From Eledone cirrhosa (Eukaryota): a stretch of DNA of 64,000 bases. The notes under the pieces are model-generated. The model saw nothing but the letters and a program-made list of their open reading frames with translations, was not told the origin of the DNA and searched no databases. Made by a program: the position numbers and the translations under genes. Of the stretch, positions 43,214 to 57,421 are shown piece by piece. Location: positions 265,050,001-265,114,000 of the forward strand of contig OZ024743.1 of NCBI GenBank assembly GCA_964016885.1, written 5' to 3'. Position 1 is the stretch's first letter. Every line of letters starts with the position of its first letter.

Positions 43214-43289
43214 ACAGATTGACTTTGTTAGTTTCAGAAGATCCCGTTAAGGGTGAAAGCAGCGATTCTTTGCTTAAACTTTAATCTGT
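43214..43289 (+). ncRNA. Variant type I hammerhead-like motif of family A (CAGAAGA core)
   Basis: AGUUU-CAGAAGA-U-CCC-GUUAA-GGG-U-GAAA-GCA...UGC-UU-AAACU, extended by ACAGAUU/AAUCUGU. Confidence 0.55.
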
Positions 43290-43386
43290 TATTTTAATAA
43301 ATATTTGCTCTTCGGTTCTTATATATTTGATATATATTTTCCTTATCGAGCCCTCTCTGGATTTTAGTCTTCAATTTTATTATTAT

Positions 43387-43425
<39 letters not shown>

Positions 43426-44871
43426 CGACTGAATACGCACGTGTGTTTTTGTCTCCCCAATTATTTTTACTCATTTTCCCCGCCTTTTACCTTCTATGTA
43501 TCTTCTATTTCTAACTCTATCATCTGATGTGAACTAGGGTCCGAAACATTAAAACTCTCTTTCTGTCCTGTTTGTTTTGTTATTTTGGTTATTTTTGTTT
43601 ATATTTTATATACATATATACAGACACATGGATATAAATGCCCACGTACACATACAATCATACATAAATATATACACATAAGATACGAGCAAATATATAA
43701 ATAAATGCCTGGCTACACACAGCAATACATATATACATACAGATATGAATATGAATATAGAAGCTCCAATGCGATGTGGCTGCAGGGTTATTGTGGCGGG
43801 GGGATAGTGGTGGCGGTGGTGTGTTTGTTGATGTAATGGGAATGTGTAAATAATATAAGGCTATGTAGTTAAAAAATTAAAGAATTACGTATGATGAAGA
43901 TTATGGGAATATAAAATTATAGAAGACATGATGGTTGAATGAGTGAGTAGTGGCAGGGTGGTATTTATGTTAAGTAAATATGTGAATATATAAGATATAT
44001 GAATAAAACAAACTACAATGAAGATTATGGAAATATAAATATTATGGAACTACTGGTGATGATGATAGTGGTGGTGGCGAGGAAATTGTTTTTATATTCG
44101 CGCGTATATATATATATATATATATATACATATACACATATATATATATATGTGTGTGTGTGAGTGTGTGTGTGTGTCGACTTCAATCGGATATATACAT
44201 AGTTATAAAACTTATAGACATTATACAACTATATGCATGTATGTATGTATAGTTATCTACATGTGTAATAGTATACATTATGTATATTCAATCTACCACT
44301 AAAACCTGCCAATCCCACAAACCTTTTAACTATCCCCACCCAATACACCCACCTTCACATTTATCACATGCCCCTCACTGACCAGTTAAAATATATGTCG
44401 ATGCCCTTTATTAGACATTGGCGTCTTCTTTTTCACACAGTTTTATGCCACCACCCCCTATCTTAATTAACCCTCATCAATTAAAGCCCCGTCCCCCACT
44501 TCGTGTCTTCCTTTGTGTATACTGTGTCTGCCATTGAAACGTTAGTTCTTGTCTGATGACCCTACAGGCGAATCTCTAGAGTATCATGACACAATACTTG
44601 GCCTCAATAAAATGAATATCAAATCTCTAATTCGGTAATGAGTACCCTTTTCCCTCAGGCGTTAACCACATACGGATATATATGTTGTGTTATGGGCAGT
44701 AGTTAGATGGTTAACTTCCTTCTCTTTTGCGCCTGCGCAAAGCTGTGTAGGGAAATTAGGGCTCACAAGGGAACGGACGAATGCTACAAAAGCACCATCA
44801 TTCATCTTTTTCCGTTCCATTGTCGTTTTAGATTTGATTGCCTCGGGAACGTAACCTTATTATGTAATGAA

Positions 44872-44946
44872 GCTGTCTGATGAAATCATGGCACTGATTG
44901 CACAGAATCGCGTGGCCACTGTTGTTATGGAAATATGTATAACAGC
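44872..44946 (+). ncRNA. Type I hammerhead ribozyme
   Basis: GCUGU-CUGAUGA-(long, irregular stem II)-GAAA-UAUGUA-UA-ACAGC. Confidence 0.65.
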
Positions 44947-44973
44947 CTTCTAATAAAGGACTTTAACATGTGC

Positions 44974-45039
<66 letters not shown>

Positions 45040-45636
45040 GTATATATATAGATATTTATTTATCTATTCATATACATACACACAAACAAACACACACGCA
45101 CACACGTGCACACACACACACACACACAGATACTCACACACACACACACGCACACATATATATATATATATATGAATATTTGAGTGTGTTTGATCGTTTG
45201 TTTGTGCGTGTGTATTTCGCAATTCAATATAGTTAGTTTCGGTTTTCCCCTCGGGCTGTGTAATAATTGACAAAAAACTTACTCTGAATAATAATAATTT
45301 CTTTATTGGCCACGAAATAATAATGACATTAACATAAACAAATACATATATATATTAAAATGACTTTTAGAACATCCACAAAATGCATGGAATGCACACT
45401 TGGATTAACAAGATACGCCCACATCTTCCCGAAACCCGTTTGTAAATTACCTTATAAGATAAATGTGTTTGTATGTTGTGTTTCATTTATTCAATATTTT
45501 CATATTTTGTTTAAATAATATAGTTCAGAACTGCAATTTGTGAATATAGTTATATTTCCTCACAAACACACACGCACATATAGAGATATACACACTGAAG
45601 CACAAACACACAAGCGCGCATGCACATGCATGTGCC

Positions 45637-45967
<331 letters not shown>

Positions 45968-46102
45968 CGATATATATGTGAATATAGACATAGAATATTC
46001 GAAAATATTCTGTATGTTTATAATAAACATTTTGAAGACCTAATCGCTATAGAATAGAATACGTCACGTATTACAATTAGATTCTCGATAAAAGCAAGGG
46101 AA

Positions 46103-46145
46103 GTAATCTACGCGTTTCATTCTTATTAGAAATCTTCAGGACTAC
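46103..46145 (-). ncRNA. Type I hammerhead, first of 18 minus-strand array copies
   Basis: GUAGUC-CUGAAGA-U-UUCU-AAUA-AGAA-U-GAAA-CGCG-UA-GAUUAC. Further copies start at 47187 + 310n up to 49357 and at 50441 + 310n up to 52921. Confidence 0.9.
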
Positions 46146-46168
46146 ATATCCAGTGCTTTTATCGAGAA

Positions 46169-46942
46169 CTAGCAGTAAAGCCCGGCCTTGCTCGGGGTCG
46201 CTCAGTAGCTGTGTTAAAGTTACAATGTTAAGTTTCTTTTTTGGCTTAAAAACTGTAGTGTCTACTGTGCAGACTTGCATGTGGTGTTTTTGATTAATAT
46301 TCCCTCAACCAACAATATGCCTTATGAAGTTAAGAAAACATAACGATAACCCGAATGTTATAACAAAAGAGGATGCTGGGGATAAAAACTGCACTGGTTA
46401 TTTATTAACAAAGATCGAAAATGTAAACACTGCAACGCAGAGAAAAACATTAGCGTAACCAAATTATCAGTTATGTCTGTCTGCACGCCTATATCACCTC
46501 TCTGCACGACTGTCTGTCTGCACGCCTGAAATATTTGCTTGTTTTACGTAGTCTTTAAATAGACTTGTTTTCAAGTAAAAATATTGTTTTAAAATGCTTT
46601 TAAATGGAAATGAAGCAAAACGGAAGCTTAGTGTTCGAATGTTCGTGTATTGTGTTAATGTCATTTTAAACGCTGAGAAAGCCAGCGTAATTTTTTACGT
46701 AAGACGCTCAATGTAAACAGAACAAAGGGAAATAACTGATAACTTACGCTCAAAAATCGATACATTATATTCGATTTCGTCACATAGGGTGGGTCAATTT
46801 GAAATATTTTTTTTCCGATGTCTTCGCTAGGGCTCAATGTACAAGTATAGCAATTTCGGTGCAATTCCGTGAGAGATTCTAGGAGGAGATGTGTGCCAAA
46901 AATCGTTCGACAGACAGACAACCACAGTTTTATATATATAGA
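46169..46942 (-). mobile_element. 774-bp non-autonomous Helitron inserted in an array monomer
   Basis: Minus strand 5' TCTATATATATAAAACTG ... CCCGAGCAAGGCCGGG-CTTTACTG-CTAG 3'. Empty monomers show an A^T target and no TSD. Confidence 0.93.
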
Positions 46943-49422
46943 TGACACAGCTAGAGACTTATAGAATACTTAGATGTGTACAGGAACTGGTTTGAAAGAG
47001 CGGTTGCCGGTCCGGCAGAAATTAGAAATTGGAATAAATGCTCTGAAATAGCTATATATATGTGAATATAGACATAGAATATTCGAAAATATTCTGTATG
47101 TTTATAATAAACATTTTGAAGACCTAATCGCTATAGAATAGAATACGTCACGTATTACAATTAGATTCTCGATAAAAGCAAGGGAAGTAATCTACGCGTT
47201 TCATTCTTATTAGAAATCTTCAGGACTACATATCCAGTGCTTTTATCTAGAATGACACAGCTAGAGACTTATAGGATACTTAGATGTGTACAGGAACTGG
47301 TTTGAAAGAGCGGTTGCCGGTCCGGCAGAAATTAGAAATTGGAATAAATGCTCTGAAATAGCGATATATTTGTGAATATAGACATAGAATATTCGAAAAT
47401 ATTCTGTATGTTTATAATAAACATTTTGAAGACCTAATCGCTATAGAATAGAATACGTCACGTATTACAATTAGATTCTCGATAAAAGCAAGGGAAGTAA
47501 TCTACGCGTTTCATTCTTATTAGAAATCTTCAGGACTACATATCCAGTGCTTTTATCGAGAATGACACAGCTAGAGACTTATAGAATACTTAGATGTGTA
47601 CAGGAACTGGTTTGAAAGAGCGGTTGCCGGTCCGGCAGAAATTAGAAATTGGAATAAATGCTCTGAAATAGCGATATATATGTGAATATAGACATAGAAT
47701 ATTCGAAAATATTCTGTATGTTTATAATAAACATTTTGAAGACCTAATCGCTATAGAATAGAATACGTCACGTATTACAATTAGATTCTCGATAAAAGCA
47801 AGGGAAGTAATCTACGCGTTTCATTCTTATTAGAAATCTTCAGGACTACATATCCAGTGCTTTTATCGAGAATGACACAGCTAGAGACTTATAGAATACT
47901 TAGATGTGTACAGGAACTGGTTTGAAAGAGCGGTTGCCGGTCCGGCAGAAATTAGAAATTGGAATAAATGCTCTGAAATAGCGATATATATGTGAATATA
48001 GACATAGAATATTCGAAAATATTCTGTATGTTTATAATAAACATTTTGAAGACCTAATCGCTATAGAATAGAATACGTCACGTATTACAATTAGATTCTC
48101 GATAAAAGCAAGGGAAGTAATCTACGCGTTTCATTCTTATTAGAAATCTTCAGGACTACATATCCAGTGCTTTTATCGAGAATGACACAGCTAGAGACTT
48201 ATAGAATATTTAGATGTGTACAGGAACTGGTTTGAAAGAGCGGTTGCCGGTCCGGCAGAAATTAGAAATTGGAATAAATGCTCTGAAATAGCGATATATA
48301 TGTGAATATAGACATAGAATATTCGAAAATATTCTGTATGTTTATAATAAACATTTTGAAGACCTAATCGCTATAGAATAGAATACGTCACGTATTACAA
48401 TTAGATTCTCGATAAAAGCAAGGGAAGTAATCTACGCGTTTCATTCTTATTAGAAATCTTCAGGACTACATATCCAGTGCTTTTATCGAGAATGACACAG
48501 CTAGAGACTTATAGAATACTTAGATGTGTACAGGAACTGGTTTGAAAGAGCGGTTGCCGGTCCGGCAGAAATTAGAAATTGGAATAAATGCTCTGAAATA
48601 GCGATATATATGTGAATATAGACATAGAATATTCGAAAATATTCTGTATGTTTATAATAAACATTTTGAAGACCTAATCGCTATAGAATAGAATACGTCA
48701 CGTATTACAATTAGATTCTCGATAAAAGCAAGGGAAGTAATCTACGCGTTTCATTCTTATTAGAAATCTTCAGGACTACATATCCAGTGCTTTTATCGAG
48801 AATGACACAGCTAGAGACTTATAGAATATTTAGATGTGTACAGGAACTGGTTTGAAAGAGCGGTTGCCGGTCCGGCAGAAATTAGAAATTGGAATAAATG
48901 CTCTGAAATAGCGATATATATGTGAATATAGACATAGAATATTCGAAAATATTCTGTATGTTTATAATAAACATTTTGAAGACCTAATCGCTATAGAATA
49001 GAATACGTCACGTATTACAATTAGATTCTCGATAAAAGCAAGGGAAGTAATCTACGCGTTTCATTCTTATTAGAAATCTTCAGGACTACATATCCAGTGC
49101 TTTTATCGAGAATGACACAGCTAGAGACTTATAGAATACTTAGATGTGTACAGGAACTGGTTTGAAAGAGCGGTTGCCGGTCCGGCAGAAATTAGAAATT
49201 GGAATAAATGCTCTGAAATAGCGATATATATGTGAATATAGACATAGAATATTCGAAAATATTCTGTATGTTTATAATAAACATTTCGAAGACCTAATCG
49301 CTATAGAATAGAATACGTCACGTATTACAATTAGATTCTCGATAAAAGCAAGGGAAGTAATCTACGCGTTTCATTCTTATTAGAAATCTTCAGGACTACA
49401 TATCCAGTGCTTTTATCGAGAA

Positions 49423-50196
49423 CTAGCAGTAAAGCCCGGCCTTGCTCGGGGTCGCTCAGTAGCTGTGTTAAAGTTACAATGTTAAGTTTCTTTTTTGGCT
49501 TAAAAACTGTAGTGTCTACTGTGCAGACTTGCATGTGGTGTTTTTGATTAATATTCCCTCAACCAACAATATGCCTTATGAAGTTAAGAAAACATAACGA
49601 TAACCCGAATGTTATAACAAAAGAGGATGCTGGGGATAAAAACTGCACTGGTTATTTATTAACAAAGATCGAAAATGTAAACACTGCAACGCAGAGAAAA
49701 ACATTAGCGTAACCAAATTATCAGTTATGTCTGTCTGCACGCCTATATCACCTCTCTGCACGACTGTCTGTCTGCACGCCTGAAATATTTGCTTGTTTTA
49801 CGTAGTCTTTAAATAGACTTGTTTTCAAGTAAAAATATTGTTTTAAAATGCTTTTAAATGGAAATGAAGCAAAACGGAAGCTTAGTGTTCGAATGTTCGT
49901 GTATTGTGTTAATGTCATTTTAAACGCTGAGAAAGCCAGCGTAATTTTTTACGTAAGACGCTCAATGTAAACAGAACAAAGGGAAATAACTGATAACTTA
50001 CGCTCAAAAATCGATACATTATATTCGATTTCGTCACATAGGGTGGGTCAATTTGAAATATTTTTTTTCCGATGTCTTCGCTAGGGCTCAATGTACAAGT
50101 ATAGCAATTTCGGTGCAATTCCGTGAGAGATTCTAGGAGGAGATGTGTGCCAAAAATCGTTCGACAGACAGACAACCACAGTTTTATATATATAGA
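49423..50196 (-). mobile_element. Second copy of the 774-bp Helitron at the same monomer position
   Basis: Appears identical to 46169-46942. The offset is 3254 = 8x310 + 774. Confidence 0.93.
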
Positions 50197-53130
50197 TGAC
50201 ACAGCTAGAGACTTATAGAATACTTAGATGTGTACAGGAACTGGTTTGAAAGAGCGGTTGCCGGTCCGGCAGAAATTAGAAATTGGAATAAATGCTCTGA
50301 AATAGCTATATATATGTGAATATAGACATAGAATATTCGAAAATATTCTGTATGTTTATAATAAACATTTTGAAGACCTAATCGCTATAGAATAGAATAC
50401 GTCACGTATTACAATTAGATTCTCGATAAAAGCAAGGGAAGTAATCTACGCGTTTCATTCTTATTAGAAATCTTCAGGACTACATATCCAGTGCTTTTAT
50501 CGAGAATGACACAGCTAGAGACTTATAGAATACTTAGATGTGTACAGGAACTGGTTTGAAAGAGCGGTTGCCGGTCCGGCAGAAATTAGAAATTGGAATA
50601 AATGCTCTGAAATAGCGATATATTTGTGAATATAGACATAGAATATTCGAAAATATTCTGTATGTTTATAATAAACATTTTGAAGACCTAATCGCTATAG
50701 AATAGAATACGTCACGTATTACAATTAGATTCTCGATAAAAGCAAGGGAAGTAATCTACGCGTTTCATTCTTATTAGAAATCTTCAGGACTACATATCCA
50801 GTGCTTTTATCGAGAATGACACAGCTAGAGACTTATAGAATACTTAGATGTGTACAGGAACTGGTTTGAAAGAGCGGTTGCCGGTCCGGCAGAAATTAGA
50901 AATTGGAATAAATGCTCTGAAATAGCGATATATATGTGAATATAGACATAGAATATTCGAAAATATTCTGTATGTTTATAATAAACATTTTGAAGACCTA
51001 ATCGCTATAGAATAGAATACGTCACGTATTACAATTAGATTCTCGATAAAAGCAAGGGAAGTAATCTACGCGTTTCATTCTTATTAGAAATCTTCAGGAC
51101 TACATATCCAGTGCTTTTATCGAGAATGACACAGCTAGAGACTTATAGAATATTTAGATGTGTACAGGAACTGGTTTGAAAGAGCGGTTGCCGGTCCGGC
51201 AGAAATTAGAAATTGGAATAAATGCTCTGAAATAGCGATATATATGTGAATATAGACATAGAATATTCGAAAATATTCTGTATGTTTATAATAAACATTT
51301 TGAAGACCTAATCGCTATAGAATAGAATACGTCACGTATTACAATTAGATTCTCGATAAAAGCAAGGGAAGTAATCTACGCGTTTCATTCTTATTAGAAA
51401 TCTTCAGGACTACATATCCAGTGCTTTTATCGAGAATGACACAGCTAGAGACTTATAGAATACTTAGATGTGTACAGGAACTGGTTTGAAAGAGCGGTTG
51501 CCGGTCCGGCAGAAATTAGAAATTGGAATAAATGCTCTGAAATAGCGATATATATGTGAATATAGACATAGAATATTCGAAAATATTCTGTATGTTTATA
51601 ATAAACATTTTGAAGACCTAATCGCTATAGAATAGAATACGTCACGTATTACAATTAGATTCTCGATAAAAGCAAGGGAAGTAATCTACGCGTTTCATTC
51701 TTATTAGAAATCTTCAGGACTACATATCCAGTGCTTTTATCGAGAATGACACAGCTAGAGACTTATAGAATATTTAGATGTGTACAGGAACTGGTTTGAA
51801 AGAGCGGTTGCCGGTCCGGCAGAAATTAGAAATTGGAATAAATGCTCTGAAATAGCGATATATATGTGAATATAGACATAGAATATTCGAAAATATTCTG
51901 TATGTTTATAATAAACATTTTGAAGACCTAATCGCTATAGAATAGAATACGTCACGTATTACAATTAGATTCTCGATAAAAGCAAGGGAAGTAATCTACG
52001 CGCTTCATTCTTATTAGAAATCTTCAGGACTACATATCCAGTGCTTTTATCGAGAATGACACAGCTAGAGACTTATAGAATACTTAGATGTGTACAGGAA
52101 CTGGTTTGAAAGAGCGGTTGCCGGTCCGGCAGAAATTAGAAATTGGAATAAATGCTCTGAAATAGCGATATATATGTGAATATAGACATAGAATATTCGA
52201 AAATATTCTGTATGTTTATAATAAACATTTCGAAGACCTAATCGCTATAGAATAGAATACGTCACGTATTACAATTAGATTCTCGATAAAAGCAAGGGAA
52301 GTAATCTACGCGTTTCATTCTTATTAGAAATCTTCAGGACTACATATCCAGTGCTTTTATCGAGAATGACACAGCTAGAGACTTATAGAATACTTAGATG
52401 TGTACAGGAACTGGTTTGAAAGAGCGGTTGCCGGTCCGGCAGAAATTAGAAATTGGAATAAATGCTCTGAAATAGCGATATATATGTGAATATAGACATA
52501 GAATATTCGAAAATATTCTGTATGTTTATAATAAACATTTTGAAGACCTAATCGCTATAGAATAGAATACGTCACGTATTACAATTAGATTCTCGATAAA
52601 AGCAAGGGAAGTAATCTACGCGTTTCATTCTTATTAGAAATCTTCAGGACTACATATCCAGTGCTTTTATCGAGAATGACACAGCTAGAGACTTATAGAA
52701 TATTTAGATGTGTACAGGAACTGGTTTGAAAGAGCGGTTGCCGGTCCGGCAGAAATTAGAAATTGGAATAAATGCTCTGAAATAGCGATATATATGTGAA
52801 TATAGACATAGAATATTCGAAAATATTCTGTATGTTTATAATAAACATTTTGAAGACCTAATCGCTATAGAATAGAATACGTCACGTATTACAATTAGAT
52901 TCTCGATAAAAGCAAGGGAAGTAATCTACGCGTTTCATTCTTATTAGAAATCTTCAGGACTACATATCCAGTGCTTTTATCGAGAATGACACAGCTAGAG
53001 ACTTATAGAATACTTAGATGTGTACAGGAACTGGTTTGAAAGAGCGGTTGCCTTTCAAACCAGTTCCTGTACACATCTAAGTATTCTATAAGTCTCTAGC
53101 TGTGTCATTCTCGATAAAAGCACTGGATAT

Positions 53131-53173
53131 GTAGTCCTGAAGATTTCTAATAAGAATGAAACGCGTAGATTAC
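53131..53173 (+). ncRNA. Type I hammerhead in the inverted end of the array (second copy at 53441-53483)
   Basis: GTAGTC CTGAAGA TTTCTAATAAGAAT GAAA CGCG TA GATTAC, enclosed by the 16-bp stem ATTCTCGATAAAAGCA/TGCTTTTATCGAGAAT. Confidence 0.9.
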
Positions 53174-53604
53174 TTCCCTTGCTTTTATCGAGAATCTAAT
53201 TGTAATACGTGACGTATTCTATTCTATAGCGATTAGGTCTTCGAAATGTTTATTATAAACATACAGAATATTTTCGAATATTCTATGTCTATATTCACAT
53301 ATATATCGCTATTTCAGAGCATTTATTCCAATTTCTAATTTCTGCCGGACCGGCAACCGCTCTTTCAAACCAGTTCCTGTACACATCTAAATATTCTATA
53401 AGTCTCTAGCTGTGTCATTCTCGATAAACGCACTGGATATGTAGTCCTGAAGATTTCTAATAAGAATGAAACGCGTAGATTATTTCCCTTGCTTTTATCG
53501 AGAATCTAATTGTAATACGTGACGTATTCTATTCTATAGCGATTAGGTCTTCAAAATGTTTATTATAAACATACAGAATATTTTCGAATATTCTATGTCT
53601 ATAT

Positions 53605-53607
53605 TTG

Positions 53608-53648
<41 letters not shown>

Positions 53649-53655
53649 GTATATG

Positions 53656-53707
<52 letters not shown>

Positions 53708-53713
53708 TGTATG

Positions 53714-53748
<35 letters not shown>

Positions 53749-53842
53749 GTATATATATATATATATGTATATATATGTATATGTATATGTATATATATGT
53801 ATATATATGTATATGTATATATGTATATGTATGTATATGTAT

Positions 53843-53906
<64 letters not shown>

Positions 53907-53943
53907 GTATATATATATATATGTATATGTATATATATATATG

Positions 53944-53992
<49 letters not shown>

Positions 53993-54045
53993 GTATATAT
54001 ATATGTATATATATATATATATGTATATGTATAAATATATATATG

Positions 54046-54111
<66 letters not shown>

Positions 54112-54178
54112 TATATATATACATACGCGCATCATATATATATATATATATATATACAGATATATATATACATACGCG

Positions 54179-54216
<38 letters not shown>
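53605..54216. repeat. (TA)n/(TATG) microsatellite
   Basis: Seen directly. Confidence 0.97.
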
Positions 54217-54219
<3 letters not shown>

Positions 54220-54329
54220 CTATTGGAGCAACGGATATGAACTTCCCGATATGAACTTCTCTTTGTTTATTTTTATATATGAATATCTCATTCTGTTATC
54301 TCATTCTGTTATTTTGCCCGAGAAAATAT

Positions 54330-54780
54330 CTATGTGTGTCATCAAATGATGTACACATGTGGGTATTTTTTCAAATTCCAATTGAGTTCTAGCACGTGGC
54401 TTGAATTCCTTTTAGAATCCATTGTCCTGCGCATGTATTGTTTTTTGGCGGTAATTCTCCTTCCTCTTTTTTTGAGACAGTATGAGAATTTCTTTAGAAC
54501 TGCTGGGCTAGCCACCTAACAGCTACCCCAAGCACTGTTGGTGATTATCGCTAAATAATGATGTTGATTTGACTATCAATATTAATGTTATTGGGCACCC
54601 ACTGAATAATTATAAGAGCCCACTTGAATAAGTATCTGTTGATCTTATACAAGCTTCTACATAAATTGGTATTATTTCACCTAACTTGTAGGAATCTTAT
54701 AATGAAACGAGACCTCCGTCTGGGAAGGGATATATTTGATATATCTCATATGAAATAATACACCCATTTCCCCACACAAT
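54330..54780 (-). pseudogene. Possible very degenerate PLE linker/endonuclease relic
   Basis: Minus-strand LYKINRYLFK and ELNWNLK loosely echo KIFNKHTIK and ELIWSLK of the other PLE ORFs. Confidence 0.25.
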
Positions 54781-54894
54781 ACAATTAGTTAGCACCCCGA
54801 ACGTTAAATTAGGTATATACTCACTTATTTCCTAATGTTTGTTGAGTGAGTTGGGATTTGGCCGGAGTATTGCTATTAGCTTCCTCCGATAATG

Positions 54895-55016
<122 letters not shown>

Positions 55017-55148
55017 GGAACACTATCCTAAGTATTGAGTACTCTGGTGCGTTATGATCCATCTGGTTCCTTACCACAATTCCTTCGTTTTATATATATA
55101 TATATATATATGTCAATATTTATTTATTTATAAAACAAAAGTGTATTG

Positions 55149-55214
55149 TATTATATCTGATGAAAGCGCACCATAATTTGCCTTGGTGGCCCTTGAAATA
55201 TGTATAATAAAATA
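55149..55214 (+). ncRNA. Type I hammerhead (family C)
   Basis: UAUUAUAU-CUGAUGA-(CACCA/UGGUG)-GAAA-UAUGUA-UA-AUAAAAUA. Homologous to 13626-13690. Confidence 0.7.
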
Positions 55215-55261
55215 AATATGGTTTTATAAATATAGTTTCCATTTGTGTGTGTGTATATATA

Positions 55262-55390
55262 TAGTGGTAAGGGTGTTGGACTTACGATCGTAATGTCGTG
55301 GGTTCGATTTCTTGATTGCGTGTTGTGTTCTTGAGCAAAACATTTCATTTTACGTAGCCCCACTATACTCAGCTGGAACTGAGTACCAAT
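55262..55390 (+). mobile_element. tRNA-derived SINE fragment (family 2)
   Basis: TAGTGGTAAG A-box end, B box GGTTCGATT, and body GTTGTGTTCTTGAGCAAAACA. Confidence 0.6.
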
Positions 55391-55758
55391 TTCCATATCT
55401 CTCCATATACAGAAATATGTGTATATATGAGTATGGAGAGATATGCATGTGTGTATATATAGATTTTACGTTAGTATTGAGTGTATGTGTGAGTGTGCGC
55501 CTGTGTGTGCAAATATGTGAGCAAAAGACCACACGTTTTATGTGTCTGTTCGTATTTCCACGTAACGCAAATACACTTATGTGAGAAAGTTTACGTACTA
55601 TTACGTATAAGCGCGTGGTTGAGTGTGTCTACGTTTATGTTCTCGATATGTATCTATATATTTTTTCCCTTCTTTTTGCCCGTTTTTACAGCGTTACTTT
55701 CATATTTCCTAAATTTTGTTTTCAAATCCATATTTAATAAAAACACCATGTTATTTAA

Positions 55759-55818
55759 TCATTCTGACGACTGAAGACAGATATAAATATCTGCCTTCAA
55801 GAAACCACTGGTAAATGA
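55759..55818 (+). ncRNA. Type I hammerhead ribozyme
   Basis: UCAUU-CUGACGA-C-(UGAAG.CAGAUAU/AUAUCUG.CUUCA)-A-GAAA-CCACUGG-UA-AAUGA. Confidence 0.8.
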
Positions 55819-56361
55819 AATAATTATCTTATGTTGTTTATTACATAACTATATATATATATATATACACACACAAATATTTGTGTATCTATCGTCGTTG
55901 GTTATCTTATTGTCACCCTTTATAACTGTTGTGTTTACTCTGGACCTAATATTTTGAACTTTCGATCCATTGAGTGCTTTGTGACTGCCTCAAAAAAAAA
56001 TCGAATAGTGCTTGCTGTACAACAGAAAATAATGGATTTGCAGCTATTATATATATATATAAGTATGTTACGTGTGCTCCGGTTGTTGGAAATACCGTAG
56101 AGCTTCCTCTTATTGCATTGAGTAATTTTCTTTTAATGTAATTCTGAATGTCTGAATAGGCTACTACTTGGAACTACAAGTGTATTGGAGCAACGTAGAA
56201 TAAACAATATCAAGGATACAGGGAACATGCTGATCGAATCAAACTCTCTCTCTCTCTCTCTCTCTCCCTTTCTTTCTCTCTTCCATCTCACCCCCCCTCT
56301 CCCCATGCCCTTCTCTTTCTCCCCCCTCTCTCTCTCTGCAGATATTAATATATATTCATAT

Positions 56362-56520
56362 CGGCGCCGAATTGACAGAGACGTTAGAATATCGGATAGA
56401 ATGTTTTATGTCATTCTTTCGCGCACTTTACTCTCTGAGTTCAAATCCCGCCGAAATTAACTTCGCCTTTCATCCATTCCATGTCGATTAAAACAGTACC
56501 AGTCTAGTACTGTGGTGGAT
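56362..56520 (+). mobile_element. Diverged SINE family 1 relative
   Basis: GAGTTCAAATCCCGCCG...GCCTTTCATCC...GTCGAT...GTACCAG. Confidence 0.7.
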
Positions 56521-56682
56521 TCTTCCTCTATATCTCTTTCTCATTTACATCTCTCTTACTTTCTATCTTGTTCTGGAAGAAATCTGCTATACTCAGGCAT
56601 TGTGCTCCGCCAGGTTTAAAATGTCCAACAAACGCTGTATATCAATACGGCGCCGCTACCACTCTATCGGGAGTTACTGGAT

Positions 56683-56810
<128 letters not shown>

Positions 56811-57368
56811 GAATGTGTGTGTGATATATGACGTATATTATGTACATATACAAGCCTAAATACATTTGTATATGTATATACAATGTATATATAAATAGTT
56901 ATATGAATGTTTGTGTGTCTCTAGGTCTCCGTCCCTTACTTTTAATAATTGACTTTTCGTGCGAAACCTCATCTTAACGAAGTTCCTATTCACAGAAAAA
57001 TAGAATCAATAACTGAGCGGAAAATATGTAGGAAATATATAAATATAAAAATATTGTTCATATCAATAGCTGTACGATTGTTTTTTAATTTTTCAATCTT
57101 ATTATACTTTTATTTCATCATTTTCTTTCGTTTTGTAGTGAGTTTGGGGAGTGTGTGTGTGTTTTTTTTTTCATCTTTTTTATGTCCTGCCGAAGTCAAA
57201 TTGAATTTTGTGTTTCATCACAATTTCACGCTACTTTGAAGAATATAGAAGGAAAAACTGTTTTAGTTACGACAGAAAATAAAGTGCTATATCATCAAAT
57301 ATTTATTTGTATATATATATTTACACACACACATATATAAATATATATGTAAATATATACATACATAC

Positions 57369-57421
<53 letters not shown>

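Larger units (their letters stand above)
41650..43392 (+). mobile_element. 5'-truncated PLE family A: inverted pLTR piece + GIY-YIG + 3' tail
   Basis: 41650-41781 is the reverse complement of ~43170-43302. It is followed by the GIY-YIG ORF and a ~1-kb tail. (TA)n on both sides. Confidence 0.92.
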
